The notes under the pieces: model-generated | The model's input: the letters and a program-made list of their open reading frames with translations, nothing else | Database searches by the model: none | Told to the model about the DNA's origin: nothing | Part shown: piece by piece, positions 1 to 7,815 of the stretch | How the letters are laid out: every line of letters begins with the position of its first letter | Numbering within the stretch: position 1 is the first letter of the stretch | Translations under genes and position numbers: made by a program | Assembly: GCA_021739695.1 (NCBI GenBank) | Contig: JAIPBM010000017.1 | Location: 4,354-68,353 of the forward strand | Direction: 5' to 3' | DNA: 64,000 bases | DNA from: Flavobacteriales bacterium | GTDB lineage: Bacteria; Bacteroidota; Bacteroidia; UBA10329

Positions 1-1
1 C

Positions 2-214
2 TGCGTATGTGGCGATATCGTAAACGAGATTGGCCTTGCACAAGCCACCGTATCGCAGCATCTGAAAGAATTGAAAAATATTGGCCTCATAACCGGAAGT
101 ATTGAAGGTGCTAGTGTCTGTTATTGCATTGACCCTGTAAAGTGGAACGAAATGAAAAGCGTTTTCACTGGTTTTCTGTCTCAGGATATTTCCTGTAAGG
201 ACAGTTGCTGTTAA
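2..214 (+). CDS. arsR: ArsR/SmtB-family metalloregulator, C-terminal part (5' end lies outside the window)
   Basis: Frame 2 reads [44 protein letters not shown]...DSCC-stop. It has the typical ArsR wHTH recognition helix (TVSQHLKxL) and a Cys-rich tail, and sits directly upstream of ars genes. Confidence 0.8.
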   Translation, partial: CVCGDIVNEIGLAQATVSQHLKELKNIGLITGSIEGASVCYCIDPVKWNEMKSVFTGFLSQDISCKDSCC

Positions 215-266
215 AATTTTTTGAAATAAATCATCGTAATATTACAATTAACAAGAATAATCTATT

Positions 267-716
267 ATGAAACTATCAGAAGTAAAAGAAGCATTGAACG
301 GAATGAATGAGGTCGTTTTCCGTTTAGAAGATGGCACGCAAGTACCGGCACATTTTCATGTGACAGAAGTAGGAAGCGTTAAACGACACTTCATAGACTG
401 TGGTGGAACAATCAGAAATGATGAGGCCGTAAATTTTCAACTGTGGACTGCCGCAGACTATGATCATCGATTGGCTGCCACCAAATTATTGAACATCATT
501 GCTTTGTCTGAAGACAAATTAGGACTCTCAGATGCCGAAGTGAAAGTTGAATATCAGACCGAAACTATTGGTGTTTATGGTCTGGCATTCAGAGACAAGG
601 CCTTTATCCTCACTAACACTCAAACAGACTGTCTGGCAAAGGATGCCTGCGGAATTCCGCAAGAAAAGAAAGCTACCGAACAAGCATGCTGCACACCAGG
701 AGGTGGATGTTGCTGA
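267..716 (+). CDS. DUF6428-like protein, a conserved partner in Bacteroidota ars operons
   Basis: 149-aa ORF with a Cys-rich C-terminus (ACCTPGGGCC). It lies between arsR and the LMW-PTP-type arsenate reductase. Family assignment is from memory of similar ars-linked proteins. Confidence 0.6.
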   Translation: MKLSEVKEALNGMNEVVFRLEDGTQVPAHFHVTEVGSVKRHFIDCGGTIRNDEAVNFQLWTAADYDHRLAATKLLNIIALSEDKLGLSDAEVKVEYQTETIGVYGLAFRDKAFILTNTQTDCLAKDACGIPQEKKATEQACCTPGGGCC

Positions 717-740
717 TATTAAATTGAAAAAGAAACAATC

Positions 741-1460
741 ATGAAACTCTTGAACACTATCATCCTTACCCTACTTATTTCAAGCACCATTCAAGCACAA
801 ACAATGAAAATGGAAATGAGCAAAAACCTAGAGCGATATACTGCTGATCTGGTGGCAAACGCAAATACGATCAATCCAGAACGCCAAGAACAACTCAAAG
901 AGCTGGCAACTGATCTTACATCTGTATTGAAAGAAACCGATAAGCACGATGTGATCTTTGTCTGTACTCATAATTCGCGCAGAAGTCATTTGGCCGATCT
1001 GTGGTTTCGTTTTGCGCTTATGTACTATGGAGTAAACGAATTAGGGTCATTCTCGGGCGGTACCGAAGCAACAGCATTCAATCCCAGAGCCATTGCAGCC
1101 ATGAAGCGTGCAGGGTTTAAAACTTCCTATGATAAATCAGCCGAAAACCCGATTGTATCCATCAGTCCACTCACGTATCCCGTTTGGAACGTAAGATCAA
1201 AGGTGTATTCTGATGATGCGAACCCAAAATCTAACTTCACGGCCGTCATGGTTTGTTCTGATGCCGACCGAGCATGTCCTGTTGTAGATGGAGCCACACA
1301 GCGCTTTGCTATTCCATACAACGACCCGAAGCACTATGATGGCACACCTTCGGAGGAGCTGAAGTATGACGAGACCGTGAAACTGATCGGAACAGAAATG
1401 ATGTTCCTTGTAGATCAGATCAAAAAGCAGATGATACTGCAAGGCAAATCTGCACAATAA
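741..1460 (+). CDS. arsC: Low-molecular-weight phosphatase-type (thioredoxin-coupled) arsenate reductase with an N-terminal extension
   Basis: CX5R(S) P-loop VCTHNSRRS plus the distal Cys pair in MVCSDADRACP, matching the S. aureus-type C82/C89 spacing. An alternative start at Met22 (position 804) would remove the signal-peptide-like first 21 aa. Confidence 0.7.
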   Translation: MKLLNTIILTLLISSTIQAQTMKMEMSKNLERYTADLVANANTINPERQEQLKELATDLTSVLKETDKHDVIFVCTHNSRRSHLADLWFRFALMYYGVNELGSFSGGTEATAFNPRAIAAMKRAGFKTSYDKSAENPIVSISPLTYPVWNVRSKVYSDDANPKSNFTAVMVCSDADRACPVVDGATQRFAIPYNDPKHYDGTPSEELKYDETVKLIGTEMMFLVDQIKKQMILQGKSAQ

Positions 1461-1592
1461 CAAAAACTTGTGTGGCGCATTTCAATAATAGCTCAACGTC
1501 TAGTCTAAAACTGACAATTCAAATTGATGTGCGCGTAACAGGCATGTTAGAAAACGAAGTGAGACTTAGAAGATGAGATTCAGTTTCATTCA

Positions 1593-1610
1593 ATTCGTAT
1601 CTTTACGAAT
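1593..1610. promoter_or_regulatory. Candidate ArsR operator, inverted repeat ATTCGTA-N4-TACGAAT
   Basis: Perfect 7+7 inverted repeat ending 16 nt upstream of the second arsR start. It overlaps a near-consensus -7 box (TATCTTTA). Two related palindromes lie downstream of arsR. Confidence 0.5.
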
Positions 1611-1625
1611 CATATTAAAATCATC

Positions 1626-1925
1626 ATGCCTACATCTAAACAGCAATTTACAGAGAGACAGGAATTGGTTTCCAAGTTTGCCAACGCTTTAGCAAACCCA
1701 GTTAGAGTGGCTATTTTGGAAATGCTTTCGAAGCAAGCCTGCTGTTTTCATGGCGATATGGCAGACGTACTTCCTATTGCTCCAAGCACGCTTTCGCAGC
1801 ATTTAAAGGTTTTGAAAGAAGCAGGATTGATACAAGGAGAGATCAGTCCGCCCAAGACCAAGTACTGCATTAACCGAGAGAATTGGGCGCTTGCCAAAGG
1901 GGTGCTCATTGGATTTCTGGAGTAA
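1626..1925 (+). CDS. arsR: ArsR/SmtB-family transcriptional repressor
   Basis: 99 aa with ALANPVRVAILEML, a CC pair (QACCFHG) and the HTH LSQHLKVLKEAGLI. It is the second ArsR in the island. Confidence 0.85.
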   Translation: MPTSKQQFTERQELVSKFANALANPVRVAILEMLSKQACCFHGDMADVLPIAPSTLSQHLKVLKEAGLIQGEISPPKTKYCINRENWALAKGVLIGFLE

Positions 1926-1936
1926 GAGATCAATCT

Positions 1937-1981
1937 GTTCGTAATATTGCGAACAACCATTCTATTCGTATATTTGCGAAT
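1937..1981 (+). promoter_or_regulatory. Candidate Bacteroidota-type promoter overlapped by two ArsR-type palindromes
   Basis: TTG (1947-1949), N19, then TATATTTG (1969-1976) matches the TTG-N19-TAnnTTTG consensus. The palindromes GTTCGTAATATTGCGAAC (1937-1954) and ATTCGTATATTTGCGAAT (1964-1981) cover the -33 and -7 elements. Confidence 0.55.
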
Positions 1982-2010
1982 GATTCATTATTGAACTAAA
2001 ATCAATTATC

Positions 2011-2250
2011 ATGATCAGCATCAAAGTATTAGGAACTGGTTGCCCGAAGTGTAAAACCACTTACCATAATGTGATGGAGGCTTTAAAGCAAAGCAATCTA
2101 GAGGCTCAGGTAGAAAAGATTGAAGACATTGAAGAGATCTTGAAGTACAACGTAATGACCACTCCTGCCCTGTTGGTCAACGATGTAATTAAAGCAAAAG
2201 GCCGTGTGGCAGATGTTAGCGAAATCATTGCATTCCTGAAAGCTTCGTGA
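2011..2250 (+). CDS. Small thioredoxin-fold protein (redox-active disulfide protein 2-like)
   Basis: 79 aa with a CPKC active-site motif near the N-terminus (LGTGCPKCK). It lies directly upstream of the ars-linked permease. Confidence 0.75.
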   Translation: MISIKVLGTGCPKCKTTYHNVMEALKQSNLEAQVEKIEDIEEILKYNVMTTPALLVNDVIKAKGRVADVSEIIAFLKAS

Positions 2251-2287
2251 ACTTCAGTCAGAGCTGTTCATAACCTGAACTAAAAAC

Positions 2288-3265
2288 ATGTTCGACTGGA
2301 TACAGCACTTCGCAGATTGGCTGATTTACTCAGTCTTCCACATTGGTGCAGAAACCCATCTTGGTGTAGCACTGAACTTCTTTGTGTACGACACACTGAA
2401 AATCCTCATTCTACTTTTTCTCATCGTGTTTCTGATGGGTGTGGTAAACACCTACTTCCCCATTGAGAAACTGAAAGACTACCTCAACCGAAAGAAACTG
2501 TTCGGTCTAGAATACCTGTTCGCTTCCATATTCGGAGCTATTACTCCTTTCTGTTCGTGTTCGTCCGTGCCGCTTTTCATCGGTTTTGTACAAGGCGGCA
2601 TCCCCTTGGGTGTCACCTTCGCTTTCCTTATCACCTCTCCTCTTGTGAATGAAGTGGCCATTGCCATGTTTCTGGGCATGTTTGGCCTGAAAGCAACCTT
2701 GATCTATGCGGGTTCGGGCATTGCTCTTGGCGCCCTAGGCGGATGGATACTCGGGAAATTCAATTTGGAACCCCTACTTACGGATTGGGTCAGGACCATC
2801 ATGGCCAAAAAGCAAACATCCGATCAGCAGTATACCGAAGAGCCGTTGACCTTTATGCAACGGCTACCCGAAATTACCCGTGGCGCTTGGGATATTGTAA
2901 AGAGTGTATTGCTGTATGTGATCATCGGTATTGCCATTGGAGCTGCCATGCATGGTTTTGTTCCCGAACAGTTCTTTGCGGAGTATTTGGGAAGTGGCGC
3001 TTGGTGGACCGTTCCTTTGGCTGTTATTGTGGCTGTGCCCATGTATGCCAATGCAGCGGGAATTGTTCCTGTAATCCAAGTATTTGTAGCTAAAGGAGTG
3101 CCTTTAGGAACGGCCATTGCCTTTATGATGGCTACCGTAGGATTGTCCATTCCGGAAGCAACTTTACTTAAGAAGGTAATGACCATGAAGTTGGTTGCTA
3201 TTTACTTCGGCATTGTCACCTTCTTCATCATTCTGTCGGGCTATTTATTCAATATGATACTATGA
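2288..3265 (+). CDS. UPF0718/DUF318 permease, ArsP-like putative organoarsenical efflux permease
   Basis: 325-aa polytopic membrane protein with the vicinal-Cys motif TPFCSCSSVPLF characteristic of this family. It sits in an ars operon after arsR and the thioredoxin-like gene. Confidence 0.65.
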   Translation: MFDWIQHFADWLIYSVFHIGAETHLGVALNFFVYDTLKILILLFLIVFLMGVVNTYFPIEKLKDYLNRKKLFGLEYLFASIFGAITPFCSCSSVPLFIGFVQGGIPLGVTFAFLITSPLVNEVAIAMFLGMFGLKATLIYAGSGIALGALGGWILGKFNLEPLLTDWVRTIMAKKQTSDQQYTEEPLTFMQRLPEITRGAWDIVKSVLLYVIIGIAIGAAMHGFVPEQFFAEYLGSGAWWTVPLAVIVAVPMYANAAGIVPVIQVFVAKGVPLGTAIAFMMATVGLSIPEATLLKKVMTMKLVAIYFGIVTFFIILSGYLFNMIL

Positions 3266-3397
3266 CATTTGGTTCCAAATTGATTTAGAATGGCAGAATG
3301 AAATGTTCTCCCGAACTTCTGCAAGTTGCAGTTCCCCCTTTCAAAGGGGGTGTCGAGGTACGAGACGGGGGATTTACTTAAAGCATAAAACGCAATC

Positions 3398-3856
3398 ATG
3401 AAAACCAAAACTCAACTCCTCTTAGAACTCTGGCTGGAGGCTCGCACGCGTTTCACCAACCAAATGACCTTGCTTAAAGCTGACGATTTGCAGAAGAAAC
3501 TAGCACCATCACCCAACTCGGTCGGGTTTCTGATTCGGCACATGGGAGATGTGGAATTGCTTTTTGCCAAGAACGTATTTGGCGCTGCTGATGTGAAGGT
3601 TACTGCCAAAACCGTTATTGCCAATCATGATACAGGAGAATGGACAGACCTAGCGGAATTGAAAGCCTACGTTTCCGAGTCGTTTGAGAAACTGAAAGCC
3701 ATTGTGGAAATACAATCAGAAGCAGATTGGGAAACGACCATTACCACCAAGGAATTTGGCACCAGAACAAAGGCCGAAGTATTCGGACGGATTGTTTCGC
3801 ATACAGCCTATCACGCAGGGCAAATGGCCATCATCAATAAATATGGAACACACTAA
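3398..3856 (+). CDS. DinB-family (DinB_2-like) four-helix-bundle protein
   Basis: 152 aa with His-containing motifs (LIRHMGDVE, VSHTAYHAGQ) typical of the DinB metal-binding triad. Confidence 0.6.
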   Translation: MKTKTQLLLELWLEARTRFTNQMTLLKADDLQKKLAPSPNSVGFLIRHMGDVELLFAKNVFGAADVKVTAKTVIANHDTGEWTDLAELKAYVSESFEKLKAIVEIQSEADWETTITTKEFGTRTKAEVFGRIVSHTAYHAGQMAIINKYGTH

Positions 3857-3868
3857 AACTCAATTACA

Positions 3869-4276
3869 ATGAAATCTACAAACGCATTATTCAGCACCCT
3901 TTTCAGCTTCATGCTGATCTTCACTTCATGTACCAGCGAAGCACAACAGACAGCCAATTTGGATGCAACTCCTGTTGCAACTGAGGTCATTCAGTTTCAT
4001 TCGGAACACAGATGCATGACCTGCAATAAGATTGAAACACTCACTAAGGAAACCCTCAAGGCTTATCCTTCTATTCCGTTTTCGTTGGTGAATGTGGATG
4101 ATGAGAAGAACGAAAAGAAGGCGGAGCAATTTCAGGCAACTGGAACAGCCTTATTTCTCTATGACGCCAAAACAGGCAAGATGCAAGAACTCACAGATTT
4201 TGCTTTTATGAATGCTGGAAATGAAGAGAAATTCAAAGCTGAATTGAAGAAGAAAATTGATGCCTTTCTGAAATAG
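3869..4276 (+). CDS. Small secreted CxxC thioredoxin-like lipoprotein (ArsF-family-like)
   Basis: Signal/lipobox (LIFTSC) and a CMTC motif. It is adjacent to a CcdA/DsbD-like membrane protein, the pairing seen in arsEFG-type organoarsenical loci. Family name is from memory. Confidence 0.5.
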   Translation: MKSTNALFSTLFSFMLIFTSCTSEAQQTANLDATPVATEVIQFHSEHRCMTCNKIETLTKETLKAYPSIPFSLVNVDDEKNEKKAEQFQATGTALFLYDAKTGKMQELTDFAFMNAGNEEKFKAELKKKIDAFLK

Positions 4277-4281
4277 ATCAC

Positions 4282-4989
4282 ATGGATTGGCTCAACGAAA
4301 TCGCTCAAAACAGCGAAGCGCCATTATTGGCTGCGTTTGCGCTTGGACTTCTTACAGCCATTTCGCCTTGTCCGTTGGCTACCAACATTACAGCCACCGC
4401 ATACATTGCTAAGACCATTAGCAACAAAAAGAAAGTGCTGCTAAGCGGGTTTCTCTACACTTTGGGGCGGACGTTTTCCTATACCTTCATAGGTGCAATC
4501 ATCTATTTTGGAGCGAGCAAGTTTCAAGTGGCCAAGTTGTTTCAGGGCAATGGCGAGAAATACATTGGCTTTGTGCTCATCTTCATCGGACTGATCATGC
4601 TTGATGTGATCAAATTGAGCTTCATTAAAACAGGCAATTTCACCGAAACCCTTTCCGAAAAGTTCAAAACCAAAGGGCTTTGGGGTTCCTTTCTCTTAGG
4701 TGCTTTATTCGCCTTGGCTTTTTGCCCTTACAGTGGTGCGCTGTTTTTTGCCATGCTTATTCCGCTTACGCTCTCTGCCGATGCTGGATTGGCCTTACCC
4801 GTTCTGTTCTCCATCGGCACGGGTCTGCCCGTCATCCTTTTCGCCTTCGTTATTGCCTTTAGCATGGAGAAACTCGGTTTGTATTTCAAGGCCATTACCA
4901 AGGTTGAAAAAGTAATGCGCGTGGTTGCTGGACTAACGTTTGTCCTTACAGGGTTGTATTACATCAATATTTACTTTCAGCTGGTTTGA
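4282..4989 (+). CDS. CcdA/DsbD-type transmembrane protein (ArsG-family-like transporter or thiol-disulfide transducer)
   Basis: 235 aa, about 6 TM segments, with conserved Cys-Pro motifs in TM1 and TM4 (ISPCPL, AFCPYS) as in cytochrome c biogenesis CcdA-like proteins. Confidence 0.6.
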   Translation: MDWLNEIAQNSEAPLLAAFALGLLTAISPCPLATNITATAYIAKTISNKKKVLLSGFLYTLGRTFSYTFIGAIIYFGASKFQVAKLFQGNGEKYIGFVLIFIGLIMLDVIKLSFIKTGNFTETLSEKFKTKGLWGSFLLGALFALAFCPYSGALFFAMLIPLTLSADAGLALPVLFSIGTGLPVILFAFVIAFSMEKLGLYFKAITKVEKVMRVVAGLTFVLTGLYYINIYFQLV

Positions 4990-5088
4990 ACCCGAACACT
5001 TTGGACATCATATGTTATAGTTGTGTTGACTTGAAAATGAATTTAAATAAACCAGGTCACAACGCCACCAATAAAACGTTGGCTACTT

Positions 5089-5160
5089 CTAAGCCGCCAA
5101 AATCTCGGCCAGTTTCAGGTAGTCAGAATTCACCTTATCGTGATGTTTGATGGCCTCATT
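5089..5160 (-). pseudogene. pfkA: Orphan 3'-terminal fragment of a 6-phosphofructokinase gene (23 codons plus stop)
   Basis: The minus strand reads NEAIKHHDKVNSDYLKLAEILAA-stop, preceded by an in-frame TAG. It is near-identical to the C-terminus of the intact pfkA at 12956-13027 (DKAIKHHDKVNPDYLKLAEILAA-stop). Confidence 0.85.
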
Positions 5161-5240
5161 CTAAGAGACCTGAACGATCTGTTCTTCTACCTATTGATAT
5201 TAAATGAGGCATCTTCCCTATTTTCGTTCATACGTTAAAA

Positions 5241-5825
5241 ATGGATCCCCTTCAACTTATAAGGCAACGATTTCCGTACCTCAGCGATGAAGACCTCATG
5301 TCGGTTGGATCGCTCTTTCAGATGCGTAGGCTCGAACCGGGAGAATCCTTCATCAAAGCTGGCCGTGTAAACTACACAGGTGCCTTGGTAATAGAAGGTT
5401 TACTTCGGAATTACCATCACCTTCCTAATGGTGCTGAAAGAACTGTTCTCTTCACGGCAGAAGGTCAGACCGTAGGTGCCTATTCATCCATTATAAAGCA
5501 CATGCCAGCGGTGGAGCATGTGGTTGCGCTGGAAACGACCATGCTGCTGACGATGGATATGCGCGAATTCAAAAAGATCATGGTTGCAAGCCCTAATCTG
5601 ATGCAGGCATATGCTCAGATACTGGAAACCATGCTGCTTGAAGCCATAGAACGGATCGATCAGTTCGTACTCTTAAGCGCTGAACACCGATACCTTAGAT
5701 TCAAAAAGGATTTTCCGGATTTGGAGCAGCGCATTCCTCAGAAACATCTGGCTTCTTATTTAGGTATTACCGCCATTTCCTTATCACGGATGCGAAACCG
5801 CATGGTAAAGCGGAAGTTAACCTAA
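5241..5825 (+). CDS. Crp/Fnr-family transcriptional regulator (cNMP-binding domain plus C-terminal HTH)
   Basis: 194 aa with a beta-roll cNMP-binding-like N-terminal domain and the HTH HLASYLGITAISLSRMRNR. Confidence 0.8.
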   Translation: MDPLQLIRQRFPYLSDEDLMSVGSLFQMRRLEPGESFIKAGRVNYTGALVIEGLLRNYHHLPNGAERTVLFTAEGQTVGAYSSIIKHMPAVEHVVALETTMLLTMDMREFKKIMVASPNLMQAYAQILETMLLEAIERIDQFVLLSAEHRYLRFKKDFPDLEQRIPQKHLASYLGITAISLSRMRNRMVKRKLT

Positions 5826-5830
5826 GTTAA
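5817..5830. promoter_or_regulatory. Candidate Crp/Fnr-type box TTAAC-CTAA-GTTAA
   Basis: 5-4-5 inverted repeat overlapping the crp stop codon and upstream of the cyclase gene. The 15-nt string TTAACCTAAGTTAAT recurs exactly at 9401-9415. Confidence 0.45.
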
Positions 5831-5919
5831 TAGACCCACTTCAGGATTTCCTGCAATTTGGCCATGGAGGATGAATGGTCAGCAACAAGGTAGTTGCAAC
5901 TTACCCATCCTCAATACTA

Positions 5920-7815
5920 ATGAAACGCACCATCCTCTACTTAGCATCCTTCCTGTGGTTGCATGTGCAGGCTTCTTCTCCTGTAGACAGCCTCTATTCT
6001 GAACTCAAAGATGCACACATCGACACGATTCAACTGCAATTGTTGAATAGACTTTGCGCGATGGAACGAGACCGAGGCAATTTCGACCTTTCAGACAGTC
6101 TGGCAAGCGAGGCGCTTCAGCGGGCCGTGGCCATTCATTCGTTAAAATGGGAAGCTGAAGCCCGTATCAATCAAGGTAATACCACACAGAAAAGAGGCAA
6201 TTTTCATGCAGTCTTGCGTAGCAGAGACGAACTCAGGCAACTGGTGACACGCGCAAACGACCACCGACTTTGGGGCAATTACCACACACTGATGGCCAAT
6301 TGCCATCGCAAAATGGGCGATCTGCCCACAGCCATGGACGCCTATTTGAAAGCACTTTCCTTCTTCGAACAGATAAACGATCTGAAAGGGATGGCCTCGA
6401 CCTACAACAATATGGCCATTGTGCAAGCAGCTCAGAACCGTTTCGATCTGGCGCTAAATTACTTTGTCCGATACGCAGAAATGAACCGTATGCGCGGGGA
6501 TGCAGCAGGAATGGCCATGGGACATCGCAATCAGGCCACATGCCTTATCGAAATGGGAAAATTGGCCGAGGCCCGTGTCTTGGCCGACAGCGCGCTGACC
6601 GAGTTCCGAAACCTGGAAAACAGAGCTCAGGAAGCAGCGCTTTTGAGCACCATTGCCATCATCAATTTCAAATTGGGAAAGATCCAAGAGGCCTCAGAAT
6701 ACTTTGAAGCAGCAATGAAACTGACCGATGAGCTAGGAATGACCATGGCGCATGTCAGCAATCAGATATCGCTTGGTGGCGTTCGCATAGAACAGCAAAG
6801 GTTTACTGAGGCCAAACAGTTGATCGAACAGGGAGTATCAACCGCTTTGAAGCTCGGACACAAGGAACACATACGAGATGGTTACCATCAAATGTCCATT
6901 CTCGATAGCGCCATGAACAATATGGCTGCTGCGTTGGAGCACTACAAACTCTTTGTGCTTTATAAAGACAGCATTTTCAATGAGACGTCATCCGAGCAAC
7001 TTGCCGAAATGGAGACACGATTTGAAACCGAACGGAAAGAACAGCAGATAGTACTGTTGAACAAGGATAAGGAGATCAAGGACAAGGAGATTTCGGAACA
7101 GAAGGTTTTGAGGAATGCCGCGTTGCTAGGCTTTTTCATCATGCTGTTATCTGCCAGTGTTTTTCTTTTACAGCGAAACCGGATAAAGAAGGAGAAGGAA
7201 CATAGTGAGGAGTTGTTACTGAACATACTTCCATACGAAACTGCGCAAGAATTGAAAAGCAAAGGAAGTGCCGATGCAAAGATGATTGATATGGCCACCG
7301 TGCTTTTTACTGATTTCAAAGGATTTACGGCCTTAAGTGAGCAACTGACCCCGCAGCAACTGGTGGCCGAGATAAACGAGTGCTTCTCAGAATTCGACCG
7401 CATCTGCGAACGGCACAACATAGAGAAGATAAAGACCATTGGCGATGCTTACATGGCAGCCGGAGGTCTTCCCACCGCCAATTCGACCCACGCCATTGAT
7501 GTGGTACAGGCTGCCATTGAGATTCGCGATTTCATGGCCAAAAGAAACCGAACAGGCAATAGCAGGTTTGAAATACGGATAGGTGTGCATACAGGGCCAG
7601 TTGTGGCGGGCATTGTAGGTATCAAGAAGTTCCAATATGACATTTGGGGCGACACGGTGAACATTGCAAGCAGAATGGAAAGCTCGGGCGAAGTCGGAAA
7701 GATCAACATATCGGAGTTTACCTATGGGCTGGTAAAAGATGCCTTCATGTGCGAATACCGCGGTGAGGTGGAAGCCAAAGGAAAAGGAATGATGAGAATG
7801 TATTTTGTGCAATGA
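5920..7815 (+). CDS. TPR-repeat, membrane-anchored class III adenylate/guanylate cyclase
   Basis: Signal-like N-terminus, multiple TPR-like repeats, a coiled coil, one TM (AALLGFFIMLLSASVFLL), and a C-terminal cyclase domain (VLFTDFKGFT, KTIGDAYMAAGG, DIWGDTVNIASRME). The longest ORF begins at 5875; Met at 5920 is preferred. Confidence 0.85.
   Translation: MKRTILYLASFLWLHVQASSPVDSLYSELKDAHIDTIQLQLLNRLCAMERDRGNFDLSDSLASEALQRAVAIHSLKWEAEARINQGNTTQKRGNFHAVLRSRDELRQLVTRANDHRLWGNYHTLMANCHRKMGDLPTAMDAYLKALSFFEQINDLKGMASTYNNMAIVQAAQNRFDLALNYFVRYAEMNRMRGDAAGMAMGHRNQATCLIEMGKLAEARVLADSALTEFRNLENRAQEAALLSTIAIINFKLGKIQEASEYFEAAMKLTDELGMTMAHVSNQISLGGVRIEQQRFTEAKQLIEQGVSTALKLGHKEHIRDGYHQMSILDSAMNNMAAALEHYKLFVLYKDSIFNETSSEQLAEMETRFETERKEQQIVLLNKDKEIKDKEISEQKVLRNAALLGFFIMLLSASVFLLQRNRIKKEKEHSEELLLNILPYETAQELKSKGSADAKMIDMATVLFTDFKGFTALSEQLTPQQLVAEINECFSEFDRICERHNIEKIKTIGDAYMAAGGLPTANSTHAIDVVQAAIEIRDFMAKRNRTGNSRFEIRIGVHTGPVVAGIVGIKKFQYDIWGDTVNIASRMESSGEVGKINISEFTYGLVKDAFMCEYRGEVEAKGKGMMRMYFVQ

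Noticed and set aside
741-803. A signal-peptide-like N-terminus (MKLLNTIILTLLISSTIQAQ) on the thioredoxin-coupled ArsC, which would imply an exported arsenate reductase.
   Set aside because: An internal Met at 804 gives a protein without the hydrophobic leader, and the rest of the N-terminal extension is what I recall for cytoplasmic Bacteroidota homologs. The start codon cannot be decided from sequence alone, so I do not claim export.
3321-3350. Two short hairpins (CTGCA-AGT-TGCAG and CCCCCTT-TCA-AAGGGGG) after the ArsP-like permease gene, as a possible intrinsic terminator.
   Set aside because: No T-tract follows the GC-rich stem, and the next gene is co-oriented 48 nt away. The evidence is insufficient for either a terminator or a repeat element.
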